From contig CP147778.1 in NCBI GenBank assembly GCA_037305845.1, positions 832,001-896,000 on the forward strand: DNA of 64,000 bases, given 5' to 3'. Position 1 is the first letter of the stretch; each line of letters starts with the position of its first letter. Positions 1-9,604 of this stretch are shown here, piece by piece. The position numbers and the translations under genes are program-made. The notes under the pieces were generated by a model. That model made no database searches. It was not told the DNA's origin and saw only the letters and a list, made by a program, of their open reading frames with translations. The stretch comes from Candidatus Freyarchaeum deiterrae. GTDB taxonomy: Archaea; Asgardarchaeota; Jordiarchaeia; Jordiarchaeales; Jordiarchaeaceae.

Positions 1-132
1 CGTAAAACTTCGTCGGATAGTTAAAGTCTCGCGGCATACTCCACTTGTTACGACCGTTGTACGCTTGTAGCTTGAGAGAAAGTCAAGTAAGTCTAATGAT
101 GACAAATTTGTAGAGTATTCGGGGGTAATCTT

Positions 133-696
133 ATGGCGTTAGATCCTTGGGTCGTTAGTGTGCTGGTTTCTCTGCTACTTCTGAGTATTGGTATAATCCT
201 TATGATTCTTGAAGCTAAAATAGGGCATGGACTTTTAGCTGTTTGTGGAATTGGTTGCGTGATAATTGCTGTCGTTATACTTTTCCAACTACAGGTTCCA
301 CTGGAATCACAAGCATACGCCTACTATGCAGATGCAATAAAGTACACAATTATTACAACATGTGTAGTGTTAGGCGTCTTTTTCGGGTACGTAGCATACA
401 AGGGGTATCAGGTTAGAAAACTCAAGTCCAAGTTAGGCCCCCAATCATTAATAGGTAAAATCGGAATAGCCAAAACGGATATTGATCCTAAAGGGCAGGT
501 AAACGTTGAAGGAGAACTGTGGAGTGCAGTTTGTAACCAGAAACCTTATGCTTATGAGGGAGAAGATGTCGAGATTATTGGTTATGATGGTTTGACGCTT
601 CAAGTTCGACCAGCGACACTCAAGAGTGAGGAGAAAGAAACTGCGGAAGAAGAGGTAAATAAGCCATCAAAAAGTAAGAAAACAGCCAGGCTTTAG
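133..696 (+). CDS. NfeD-family membrane protein (C-terminal OB-fold)
   Basis: Three to four N-terminal TM segments (LMILEAKIGHGLLAVCG) followed by the NfeD OB-fold pattern LIGKIGIAKTDIDPKGQVNVEGELWSA...GEDVEIIGYDGLTLQV. Confidence 0.85.
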   Translation: MALDPWVVSVLVSLLLLSIGIILMILEAKIGHGLLAVCGIGCVIIAVVILFQLQVPLESQAYAYYADAIKYTIITTCVVLGVFFGYVAYKGYQVRKLKSKLGPQSLIGKIGIAKTDIDPKGQVNVEGELWSAVCNQKPYAYEGEDVEIIGYDGLTLQVRPATLKSEEKETAEEEVNKPSKSKKTARL

Positions 697-815
697 AATC
701 CTAAAAAATTATTTTTTTATTATTTTTCCCAACCAAGGAAAAACTATGGTGCATTATTAGCCGCAAGGGAGAGATAAGTAGAGATTTTATTCCTTTTTAC
801 TTGTTTTTGGGTTTT

Positions 816-1955
816 TTATTTCATTATTGTTTTCAGGGTTCTTATGAATTTTTTATTGTTTTCAGGTGTTGATGTGGATACTCTGAAAAATTTTTCGTTT
901 AAACCTCTTTGGTCTCCGCAGTTTCTGACGAGAATTTTGCTTTCTAACAGTTTTGCGATTATTTTTCCAGCATCCATGTTTTCTTTTGTGATTTCTATTA
1001 GTATGAAATTGGCTTCTGAGGAGTAGGGCTTTAGACCATTGATTTTTGAGATTTCTTCTATTAGGTATTCTCTCTCTTTTATGGTTTCTGATACCACTTT
1101 TTCAGCGTAGTCAATATTCTCTAGGGCTGTGATGGCTGCTTGCATTGAGATAGTGTTTACGGTGAAGTACAATTGGAGTTTGTGTAGTTGTCTTATGATT
1201 TCAGGGTTTGCGAGTCCGTATCCTATTCTCAAGCCAGCTAAGCCGAAGGCTTTGGAGAATGTTCTAAGCACTATTAGGTTTTCATATTTGGGAATCAAGG
1301 GAGCTACTGTTTTTTTGCAGTATTCAAAGTAGGCTTCGTCGATGACAACGATTGCGTCCTCATCTAGAATTCTTTTAATGCTTTCTTCTGGTGTAAGGTT
1401 GCCTATGGGGTTGTTTGGATTGACAATAATTATGAGCTTGGTTTTCGGAGAAACTCGTTCCGTGATTCTTTCTGGTTCTAATATGAAATCTGGTTTGTGC
1501 AGTTGTATGAAAACAGGTTTTCCACCATTTATATTCAAAATTTGTTCGTATTGTTCGAATGTGGGTTGAGGTAAGATAACTTCATCGTCAGGGTCTACAA
1601 ATGCGTTATAAATTAGCGGGATTATACCAAGCGATCCTTGCCCCACGATAATATTTTCCTGTTTGAGACCAACGTATTCAGAGATTTTCGTAGACAAGGC
1701 GTAATAGGTGGGATCAGGGTATCTGTTCACCAAGTGTAACGAATCTTTTACAGCCTCCAAAACTTTAGGAGAGGGCCCGTAAGGATTCTCGTTAGCGACC
1801 ATCCTTATTGTTTCTTCACTTGTCATAATGTCACTAATTATTTTTGAACTCAAAAACTGAGTTAAAATTTCATAATCAGATTTAACATCCAGCACATGAG
1901 GTTTAACAAATTTAGTAATATCCTTCACTATGAAACCACCTCCCGAAACTATCAT
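816..1955 (-). CDS. hisC: Histidinol-phosphate aminotransferase (class I/II PLP aminotransferase)
   Basis: ANENPYGPSP, NRYPD, NPNNPIG, DEAYFEY, RTFSKAFGLAGLRIGY motifs; true start probably about 9 codons in, after a GGAGGTGG RBS. Confidence 0.85.
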   Translation of the reverse strand: MIVSGGGFIVKDITKFVKPHVLDVKSDYEILTQFLSSKIISDIMTSEETIRMVANENPYGPSPKVLEAVKDSLHLVNRYPDPTYYALSTKISEYVGLKQENIIVGQGSLGIIPLIYNAFVDPDDEVILPQPTFEQYEQILNINGGKPVFIQLHKPDFILEPERITERVSPKTKLIIIVNPNNPIGNLTPEESIKRILDEDAIVVIDEAYFEYCKKTVAPLIPKYENLIVLRTFSKAFGLAGLRIGYGLANPEIIRQLHKLQLYFTVNTISMQAAITALENIDYAEKVVSETIKEREYLIEEISKINGLKPYSSEANFILIEITKENMDAGKIIAKLLESKILVRNCGDQRGLNEKFFRVSTSTPENNKKFIRTLKTIMK

Positions 1956-2103
1956 TATGCTTTCCAGCTTCTTGATTAAAGAATTAAGTTATCAGTATCT
2001 ATTTTAATATAGCGGAATCATGAGAGTATATTAGAATGAAAGGGAGCAATCTAGAATTATTTTTAATACTTAAAAGCTAAAGATTTGGGATCGTGAGGAT
2101 TAA

Positions 2104-2874
2104 ATGAAAGTTAAGGTGCTTGGTTCTAGTTCTGGCTGGGCGTTTCCTAGACTCGGTTGCGGTTGCAAAATCTGTTCCTCCGCAAATGAGAGAGATAAAC
2201 GTTTGAGGCCCTCTATTTTGATTAATTATTCAATTTTGATTGATGCGGGACCAGATGTTTACCATCAATTTTTAAGATTTAAGATAACGAAGGTGGATTC
2301 GATTGTTCTGACTCACGGTCATCAGGATCATGTTTTCGGTTTGCATGATCTTGCTCCAAAAAAAGTCAAGGCTATGAAAGGTGTTACACTTTATGGATCA
2401 GAAAAAACTTGGGCGATTCTTAACCGACTTTTTCCGAACGCGGGCTTTAAGAAAGAAATCTTTGAGAATTATAAATCATTTGAAGTAGGCGGATTAAGAT
2501 TTACTCCAGTACCTGTAGTTCACTCGAAGAGTGCGCCTACCGTGGGATTTGTCATCGAAGACAAAAACAGCGTTCTATGCTACTTTCCAGATTTTAGAAG
2601 TTTTAGTAATGAAGAGGACAAAAAATATTTTGAGGGAGTAGATTGTTTATTCCTAGACGGCTCAGTGCTGAAGAACCCTTTCCCAGTCTGGACGAACAAG
2701 TGGGGACATATGAGCATCATGGATGGAATAAAGTTGGCGACTGAGTGCAGAGTGAAAAAAACAATATTTACTCACATTGGACACCGAACGATACCTCATG
2801 ATGATTTGAGCGAATTACTCAAAAAGAAGGGTGAATTTTTCCCAGCCTACGACGGCATGGAGTTAGAACTATAA
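2104..2874 (+). CDS. MBL-fold metallo-hydrolase, PhnP-like
   Basis: VLGSSSGWAFPRLGCGCKIC, THGHQDH metal motif, GHMS, FTHIGH, AYDGM. Confidence 0.85.
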   Translation: MKVKVLGSSSGWAFPRLGCGCKICSSANERDKRLRPSILINYSILIDAGPDVYHQFLRFKITKVDSIVLTHGHQDHVFGLHDLAPKKVKAMKGVTLYGSEKTWAILNRLFPNAGFKKEIFENYKSFEVGGLRFTPVPVVHSKSAPTVGFVIEDKNSVLCYFPDFRSFSNEEDKKYFEGVDCLFLDGSVLKNPFPVWTNKWGHMSIMDGIKLATECRVKKTIFTHIGHRTIPHDDLSELLKKKGEFFPAYDGMELEL

Positions 2875-2993
2875 AGAATGAATAAATGCGTTTATGCTCT
2901 AACACTTTACAAAACTGTTTGTTTGTTGTTCCTTCCGGTCAGTAATCAGGTTTCGTTCCTTGTACGTGCATTTTTGATCCGGTTTCGCGATTT

Positions 2994-3623
2994 TCATTTT
3001 CTCTCCATAAAAACATAGTTTGCTATGTGTGGGGCTGACTTGCCGCTAATTTCTATTGTTCTTAAATCGATTATGTTGAAATATGGTTCGAAAAGATTTC
3101 TTAATTCGTCTTCAGAGGAAAAGTACAGGATAGTACCCAGTGTAGTTTTTCTATATTTTCCTGAGCCACCAAATTGAGCATCATTCTCACTAAAACAAAC
3201 GGAGAGGTACTTCCCTCTCGGATTAAGTATTCTATTCACATTTTCAACATATTTACTTCTTTTCTCCGGGAATATATGATGTAACAGCTCCCAGTCATAG
3301 GCGAAGTCAAAAGTTCCCTTAACTTCATCCAAAACGCCAAGTACATCTGCGACAAGAAAATTACACTTAACCCTTTTCTTCCTTGCATTTTCTTTGGCGA
3401 TCTTTATAGCCGATGGAGAAATGTCAACTCCGGTAACATCAAATCCCGTACTGGCAAGATAAATAGCATAATTGCCTGCACCACAGCCCATATCAATAGT
3501 TTTGCAGGGTTTGACTTTCCCACTCTCAACCAGCCCAACTAGAGCATCGGGAGGAGTCTCATTGTTCCAAGGAATGTTCTCCAGAGATATATTTCTATAA
3601 ATTCTATCCAGTTCATCCTGCAC
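2994..3623 (-). CDS. Class I SAM-dependent methyltransferase (TPMT/TehB-like)
   Basis: IPWN, IDMGCGAG motif I, VTGVDISPSAI, FDFAYDWELLHH. Confidence 0.85.
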   Translation of the reverse strand: MQDELDRIYRNISLENIPWNNETPPDALVGLVESGKVKPCKTIDMGCGAGNYAIYLASTGFDVTGVDISPSAIKIAKENARKKRVKCNFLVADVLGVLDEVKGTFDFAYDWELLHHIFPEKRSKYVENVNRILNPRGKYLSVCFSENDAQFGGSGKYRKTTLGTILYFSSEDELRNLFEPYFNIIDLRTIEISGKSAPHIANYVFMERK

Positions 3624-3801
3624 AATAGCATCCTCCTTATATCATGTTTACTTTAACTGGAAAACGATTATAAGTTTATACCTTAAAGCTTGTAGTAAAT
3701 TCCTATATGTTTTTCAGACCTGACTTTTTAAATCCGCAGCATTGATTGCTATCAAAAACATCTGATGGGAATTATTTATAATACTAGTAAATTTTTGTTA
3801 G

Positions 3802-5106
3802 ATGATAGTATTAAAATTATTAATGTTGGTGACTTTTTTGAAATCGGTGAAAGTCGTTAAAGGAATAGAGGATAAACGGGAAGAAATGGTAAAACTTTGT
3901 TGTGATTTGATTGGCTTTAAGAGCGAGAATCCGCCAGCGAACGTTACGGACATATCCTGCTTTATTAGAGACTACTTTAAGGAAAGAGGGTTTAAGGTTA
4001 GTACCTATGAGCCTAGAAAGGGCAAAATAAGTGTGTCTGCCAGATTGGAGAAAGGGGAGGGAAAGAGGCTTTTATGGAACGGTCATGTAGACGTGGTTCC
4101 TGCGGGTAGGCGTGAGAACTGGTCGACTGATCCATTTGTGGGAGTGGTGAGTGAAGGGAAAATCTTTGGTAGGGGGGCTTCGGATATGAAGGCGGGTGTA
4201 GCAGCCGCCATGGTTACGGCGTCCCACCTAGCCGAGGCAGACGTAGATTTTAAAGGGAGTATCCAGATGGATTTTGTCCCCGATGAGGAAACAGGAGGAG
4301 ATCATGGAACAAAGTATCTGGTCGAGAGGGGAATAAGTGTTGGCGACGCTTGCATTGTCGGTGAAGGGACCTCTTCCAGAGCGTGGGGGGTTGCTGTGCG
4401 GATTGCGGAGAAGGGAATTCTTAAACTGAATGTGTCTGCACAGGGAAGGACTTCTCACGCTAGTTCTCCTTTCCTCGGAGATAACGCTATTGACAAGCTC
4501 ATCAGGGTGCTGTCGATGGTTAAGGAGCTGGAGAATAAAAAAATCGAGACACCACCCATTGTGCGCAAAATTATCGAGCAGAGCATGCCTTACTATGAGA
4601 AAATCTCCAAGAGTTTCGGTATCCCATCTGATAACTTCAAGCAACTGTTCAGCAAAATGACTGTTAATATTGGAATAATTAGGGGAGGGGTTAAGAGCAA
4701 CGTGGTTCCGGATTATGCCGAAGCAAAGGTGGACATCAGGCTGCTTCCGGGTCAGAACCCCGAGGAAGTGTTCTCCGAGATTGTAAAAAAAGTTACTGAT
4801 TCGGATATAAAAGGAATTGAGCTGAAAAAGGATGTTTCTTTACCCTCTTACGAGGATCCTGAAGGCTCATTCGTTTCTCTTGTTAAAAGATGCGTCTCAG
4901 AATTAACAGGAGTGAAAGAGGTGAACACTATTATTGGTTCAGGTGCCACCGACGCTCGATACATAAGAAGTTTAAGGGGTATACCCACGGTTATTCTGGG
5001 TCCCGGAAATGAGACCTCTCACTCCGCCAACGAGTACATTGAGATTGAAGACATGACTATGATATCAAAAATCTATACACTCATCGCCCTAGAGTTTCTC
5101 TCATGA
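3802..5106 (+). CDS. M20 family ArgE/DapE-like deacylase
   Basis: NGHVDVVP, GRGASDMKAG, DEETGG, GRTSHAS, GATDAR, HSANEYI; true start probably slightly downstream. Confidence 0.9.
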   Translation: MIVLKLLMLVTFLKSVKVVKGIEDKREEMVKLCCDLIGFKSENPPANVTDISCFIRDYFKERGFKVSTYEPRKGKISVSARLEKGEGKRLLWNGHVDVVPAGRRENWSTDPFVGVVSEGKIFGRGASDMKAGVAAAMVTASHLAEADVDFKGSIQMDFVPDEETGGDHGTKYLVERGISVGDACIVGEGTSSRAWGVAVRIAEKGILKLNVSAQGRTSHASSPFLGDNAIDKLIRVLSMVKELENKKIETPPIVRKIIEQSMPYYEKISKSFGIPSDNFKQLFSKMTVNIGIIRGGVKSNVVPDYAEAKVDIRLLPGQNPEEVFSEIVKKVTDSDIKGIELKKDVSLPSYEDPEGSFVSLVKRCVSELTGVKEVNTIIGSGATDARYIRSLRGIPTVILGPGNETSHSANEYIEIEDMTMISKIYTLIALEFLS

Positions 5107-5145
5107 CCGTTCAGGCTATGCACTAAAAAAATGAGAGGATTATTG

Positions 5146-5178
5146 TTTGTATTATTTATTTGTTTGTTTGTTTGTTTG
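5146..5178. repeat. (TTTG/TTTA)n low-complexity tract between convergent genes
   Basis: gtttgtattatttatttgtttgtttgtttgtttg; likely a T-rich terminator zone. Confidence 0.5.
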
Positions 5179-5208
5179 AAATTTTTTGAGAGTTTACCTG
5201 GGGCATTC

Positions 5209-5862
5209 TCAATCTGCTTTGTGGAAATACTTGTATACGTCTAGTTCGAATTTGACGGATTCTTCTGGTAACGGTTTGGGCTTGCCAATGAGTAGACTGG
5301 TGACGTATATTTGTGCCATTCTTTCCAAAAACTCTGTTACGTTAAACGCTTCCTTTAGATCTTTACCGCAACATAGAGATCCATGGTTTGCTAAGAAAAC
5401 CGCGGTTCTGCTTCCCAACGCTTTTAAGGCGCTGTCCGCTAAATCTTGAGTGCCGGCCATTTTGTATTCAGCTACCTCTACCTGGCCTCCCAGTCTTATT
5501 GCCATTTCGTCTATCAGCATTGGTAGGGGCTTACTCACAACTCCCAGAATTGTTCCATAAACAGGGTGAGCGTGAATAACTGAGCCCACATCCTTTCTCG
5601 CATTGTAAACCGCGAGGTGCATGATCTTTTCTGTTGATGGAGCTAGTTTTCCTTCTAGTACGTCGCCCTTCAAGTTGACTAGAGGTATATCCTCCGGTTT
5701 TAATACTTGATATTCTATCATGCTGGGAGTGATTAGAACAGTGTTTTCCCCAGGAACTCGTACACTGAGGTTTCCAGATTTACCTACAACCAAGTTTCTT
5801 TCGGGCATAAGTTTTCCATACATGACTAATTCTTCTCTTAGCTTCTGCTTTACAGTGCTCAT
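5209..5862 (-). CDS. Class II aldolase/adducin family protein (FucA-like)
   Basis: GKSGNLSVR, ITPS, PSTEKIMH, IHAHP, LANHGS; start set at ATG 5862 (MSTVKQK) after a GGTGGTG RBS. Confidence 0.85.
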   Translation of the reverse strand: MSTVKQKLREELVMYGKLMPERNLVVGKSGNLSVRVPGENTVLITPSMIEYQVLKPEDIPLVNLKGDVLEGKLAPSTEKIMHLAVYNARKDVGSVIHAHPVYGTILGVVSKPLPMLIDEMAIRLGGQVEVAEYKMAGTQDLADSALKALGSRTAVFLANHGSLCCGKDLKEAFNVTEFLERMAQIYVTSLLIGKPKPLPEESVKFELDVYKYFHKAD

Positions 5863-5891
5863 AAGTACACCACCTACACTGGAGTAATAAT

Positions 5892-7427
5892 TTATTTTTG
5901 CAGATTTAACATTTTTGAGTATAGGTCTTTCCACTGTGAATAGTATCCTTGGTACAGATTATAGGTCGCATCAACGGGGTTAAATATTTCATCCCAAACT
6001 ATCATGGATTTCACGGCTTCGTTAAAGTTTTTGTAAATGCCCGCCCCCACAGCTGCACATATGGCACAGCCGAGGGCACTGCCCTCCTTAACCTTTGGTG
6101 TCGTCACTGACACACCTAAAGTATCGGCGAGAATTTTCAATAGTATTTTGCTTCGTGACAATCCGCCGGTAACTCTCATAGTGTCAAATTTGACTTTTGA
6201 GACCTCAACTATCCGCTCGCTGTTAGCTCTTATGGCGAAAGCAAAGTTTTCAAAAATTGATCTGATTATATTCTTCATGGATAACGCATCGGAAACCAAC
6301 AAGAGAGGAGGAAAAACAATAGCTGCGGGATAAACATTTATCTCTTGGCTGAAATCCATTATTTGAGGACCTAAAGACGCCCTCAATCCGTTTGCGCCTG
6401 GAGGAGCTTCGGAAGCCCAAAGATTAAGCATATCATAGATACTGGATTGATTGCCTGCAACCTCCTTCATTTCAAGGCTTATTACCCAATTTTTAAAAGA
6501 TTCTAAAACACTGCCCATTATACCACAGTTACCTTCTATAACCCATCTCTCAGGAATAATGTGGCATCCAGTCCAGATTTTTCTCTCAGCATCAACTATC
6601 GGTTTGGAGAGAATCATCTGAACCGGGGTGGTAGTCCCCGCAATAGCACCTATTTGTCCTTCATCTAGGGCTCCAGCTGCTACTAAGGCGCACTGAGTAT
6701 CCGCACCGCCAGCGATTACTGGAGTGCCCTTCTTAAGTCCAGTTAAACTGCTTACCTCTGAGGTTACTTCACCCACTACCGTGCCTGAGGGATACACTTT
6801 GGGTAAGATTTCTGGAGAGAGTTGGAAGCTTTCAACTATTTCATCTGACCAAGTCATATTTCTAATGTCGAATAGAAATGATTCGCTAGCATTACTGTGT
6901 TCCGAGGAGTACACTCCTGAGAGTTTGTATAAAACCCAGTCGTTAATCATCAGCATATGCGCTATTTTGTTATACACTTGCGGTTGATTCTCCCTAAACC
7001 AGACTATACGTGCAGGAGCGAACATTGAGGGAGGCCAGTGTCCAGTGATTTTTTGAAAGTCGGTTCGAACCATTTCCCGAACTTTGCTGTCTACGAGTAC
7101 ACCTCTAATGTCGAGGTTTGGTCCTCCGCAGAGTTCCTTTCCTTCCTTGTCCAGAAGAATTATTCCCTCTCTTTGACTTGTGGAACTCACACCTAGAACC
7201 CTTTCTTTATTGATTTTACCCTTTTTCATCGCCTCTCTTACGAGGCTGGCTATTAAATCCCATAGTTCCCAGCATACAAACTCTTTTCCGATGCCGAAAG
7301 TTTCTGGGGAGGTTTGGTATTCCCATGTCTGGGAAGCGAATGAGATTAGGTTTCCCGCTGTATCAAAAATTGCGCATCTTACGGAGCCCGTTCCCACATC
7401 TATAGCGATTAGATTTTCTCCAACCAT
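5892..7427 (-). CDS. FGGY-family carbohydrate kinase
   Basis: IAIDVGTGSVR, STSQREG, GGADTQCA, AGTT, VTGGLSRS, EGSALG. Confidence 0.9.
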   Translation of the reverse strand: MVGENLIAIDVGTGSVRCAIFDTAGNLISFASQTWEYQTSPETFGIGKEFVCWELWDLIASLVREAMKKGKINKERVLGVSSTSQREGIILLDKEGKELCGGPNLDIRGVLVDSKVREMVRTDFQKITGHWPPSMFAPARIVWFRENQPQVYNKIAHMLMINDWVLYKLSGVYSSEHSNASESFLFDIRNMTWSDEIVESFQLSPEILPKVYPSGTVVGEVTSEVSSLTGLKKGTPVIAGGADTQCALVAAGALDEGQIGAIAGTTTPVQMILSKPIVDAERKIWTGCHIIPERWVIEGNCGIMGSVLESFKNWVISLEMKEVAGNQSSIYDMLNLWASEAPPGANGLRASLGPQIMDFSQEINVYPAAIVFPPLLLVSDALSMKNIIRSIFENFAFAIRANSERIVEVSKVKFDTMRVTGGLSRSKILLKILADTLGVSVTTPKVKEGSALGCAICAAVGAGIYKNFNEAVKSMIVWDEIFNPVDATYNLYQGYYSQWKDLYSKMLNLQK

Positions 7428-7428
7428 G

Positions 7429-8460
7429 CTATTTTGCTCCTTTTTTGGGTTTAGGTTTTTTTAGAACCTCCTTGTTAAGAACGTATTTGGGTTCCTTTCC
7501 GGTAAGGTAACTATCTATGCCCTCCGCTATCATCTTTGATTGGCGTGTGACAGTATCGGTTGTGTTTCCTCCTATATGGGGGGTGGCTACAATGTTGTCT
7601 AGGGTTAGAAACCGGTCGCCGGATTCTATTGGGTCTTTAATGAAGACATCTAAGCCTGCTCCCGCTATTTTTTTGTCTCTAAGAGTTTCAAATAGAGCGT
7701 CTTCTTCGGTTATGGCGGCTCTGGCGGTGTTAATGAAGTAGGCGGTTTTTTTCATCATCTCAAAATGTTTTCTGGTAATCAGACCCTTAGTTTCGTTGGT
7801 AACTTTGGTGTGTACGGTTACGATGTCGGACTCTCTCATTAGGGTCTCTAGATCAACGCTTTTTCCATTGACCTCTTTTAGGCGATTCTTGTCCACGTAG
7901 GGATCATAGACCAGAATTTCTGAACCGAAACCGTTTCTCAGTCTTTTGGCTACCTCGAAACCTATTGCGCCCAAACCGATTATGCCCACTTTTTTCCCGC
8001 CGAGTTCAATTCCCTCGAACATGTTATGGTACTCTAAAAAGTCGGTCTCACTCTTGTAGATAATCTTTCCCGCTCTCAAGTAGCGGTCTGCCTTTGTGAT
8101 GTTACGCGCCACGCTCAGTATGAGTCCTAGGGTTAGTTCGGCGACTGACTGGGTGTTTCTGTGTGGGGCGGAGAAAACCGGAATGCCCTTTTCTGTGGCA
8201 GTTTTGATATCCACGTTCCAAGGGTCATCTCTGCAAGAGGCGATTATTTTCGGGTTGCATTGCTCTATGACGTTTTTCAAAACAAAATCGGGTTCAACAA
8301 TGAGAACATCTGCTCCTACACTCTTAATTTTTTTAATAAACTCGTTCTCATCAAAGAAAATCTTTTTGGTAGTACGCCAGCTCTCATATACGTATTCCAT
8401 ATGCTTCGTCAACAGTTTAAGCCCATACTCATCAAATTCAGCCGTTATAAACGCCTTCAT
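7429..8460 (-). CDS. D-isomer-specific 2-hydroxyacid dehydrogenase (NAD-dependent)
   Basis: SVAELT, GIIGLGAIG, FINTAR, GAGLDVF, ATPHIGG. Confidence 0.9.
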   Translation of the reverse strand: MKAFITAEFDEYGLKLLTKHMEYVYESWRTTKKIFFDENEFIKKIKSVGADVLIVEPDFVLKNVIEQCNPKIIASCRDDPWNVDIKTATEKGIPVFSAPHRNTQSVAELTLGLILSVARNITKADRYLRAGKIIYKSETDFLEYHNMFEGIELGGKKVGIIGLGAIGFEVAKRLRNGFGSEILVYDPYVDKNRLKEVNGKSVDLETLMRESDIVTVHTKVTNETKGLITRKHFEMMKKTAYFINTARAAITEEDALFETLRDKKIAGAGLDVFIKDPIESGDRFLTLDNIVATPHIGGNTTDTVTRQSKMIAEGIDSYLTGKEPKYVLNKEVLKKPKPKKGAK

Positions 8461-8651
8461 AAAAGCACCTTTAACAAAGCAAATTTAAATTATTTAACTA
8501 ATTAAGAAATAGCAAATTGGTTTAATAACCCTTTATGTGTAATTTACTGTGAACTTTTGTACGATACTCAAAAATGCATAGTAAAATTAAACTCTTAGTA
8601 AGAAGGGTGAATTCATATTTAAATTCTTGAATACCAAAAAGGGTGTTTTAC

Positions 8652-9092
8652 ATGAGCGAGGATGAAAAACCTGAAGTCTGCGAGATTTCTTCTGACCTTT
8701 TGAAACGAGCGGTAGAATTCCATGGGCATTTGGGTCCTTTCTTGGTGTTAGGTCTTATGATGTCGAATACAGCTTGCAGATTCCTGAAGCAAGTATCGGG
8801 TGTTAAAATTAAAACTAGATTAGTGCCCCCGCGTAGCTGTGTCCTTGACGGAGTTCAAGTAGCAACCAAATGCACATTGGGTAATACAAAACTGTTCTCC
8901 GTTGAATCCCAATCGGAGATAAGCGGTGAGTTCAGAGGCGAAGGTAAAAAAATATTAATAGTTTGTAAGAAAAAATTCTTGGAAAACCTTGAAAATCGCA
9001 TGAAAAGAAAGGAGAAAACTGGTGAAGAAGAGGCTTTGAACATCGCGGAAATGAATTATGAAGAAATATTTGATGTTAAGAAAATCGAATAA
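8652..9092 (+). CDS. FmdE-family protein
   Basis: AVEFHGHLGPFLVLG, SCVLDGVQVATKCTLG. Confidence 0.85.
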   Translation: MSEDEKPEVCEISSDLLKRAVEFHGHLGPFLVLGLMMSNTACRFLKQVSGVKIKTRLVPPRSCVLDGVQVATKCTLGNTKLFSVESQSEISGEFRGEGKKILIVCKKKFLENLENRMKRKEKTGEEEALNIAEMNYEEIFDVKKIE

Positions 9093-9211
9093 GAATATAC
9101 CAACTCATCTGACTCAATGTGACGAGAAATTCAGAACCGCTGCAAAACCTCAATATGGAACATATGTTTATTTCTAATACTTCTTAAGCTTGCAAGCTTC
9201 CGAGTATTCTA

Positions 9212-9368
9212 CTATTACATCTAAACCAGCACTGACATACTCCCAACCCTGAAGGGTTAGGGGTTCTACACTTCTACTACTGTTGTTAGTGTTAGAAGTG
9301 TTGGACGTGCCACCGCCCAGTTAACGGCTTCCGCACCCCTCTCTCTTCGGGGTGAGCAAGCCCTATTA
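9212..9368 (-). ncRNA. Putative stand-alone TnpB-type omegaRNA (reRNA) scaffold plus about 20-nt flank-derived guide
   Basis: Stems GGCUU/AAGCC, CACCCC/GGGGUG, UGGGCG/CGUCCA, ACACUUCUA/UAGAAGUGU and the RE hairpin; loop UGGCA can pair with terminal UGUCA (pseudoknot); TATA box about 25 nt upstream; ends approximate. Confidence 0.6.
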
Positions 9369-9452
9369 TCCTCTTTTCTCTTTTTTCACTATTTAAACTC
9401 CACGCAATTCATCCCCGTCTTTAAAATAATGGGGCTTTCTTGCTAATCCTCT
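9232..9452 (-). mobile_element. Non-autonomous IS200/IS605-family mini-element (PATE-like, TnpB-type orientation), 221 bp, no ORF
   Basis: Minus strand left end: TTAC|AGAGGATTA-GCAAG-AAAG-CCCC...GGGGATGAATTGC. Right end: GAAC-CCCTAACCCTTCAGGGTTGGGAGTATG-TCAG|. The guide/cleavage pairs AAAG/TTAC and GAAC/TCAG fit the IS608 TnpA pairing rule. Confidence 0.8.
9390..9397 (-). promoter_or_regulatory. TATA box (TTTAAATA) inside the mini-element left end
   Basis: Archaeal TATA consensus positioned to start transcription at the beginning of the structured RNA. Confidence 0.5.
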
Positions 9453-9604
9453 GTAATAATTGAGTTTGAATGGAAGGCGCCCTCTTGATTAGCTGAGTGG
9501 TTTATTACAAGCTTTATATTTGGGAAGTTTATTAATAGTGAACTAGTCTAAAGTATGTTTTTAGATTGGGTTAATTGAAAATTTTCAAATATGCAGGGTG
9601 ATAT

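Noticed and set aside
1-130. Minus-strand GGTCGTAACAAG, resembling the 16S rRNA 3' motif
   Set aside because: Only a short match and the surrounding sequence is not rRNA-like; too little context at the window edge.
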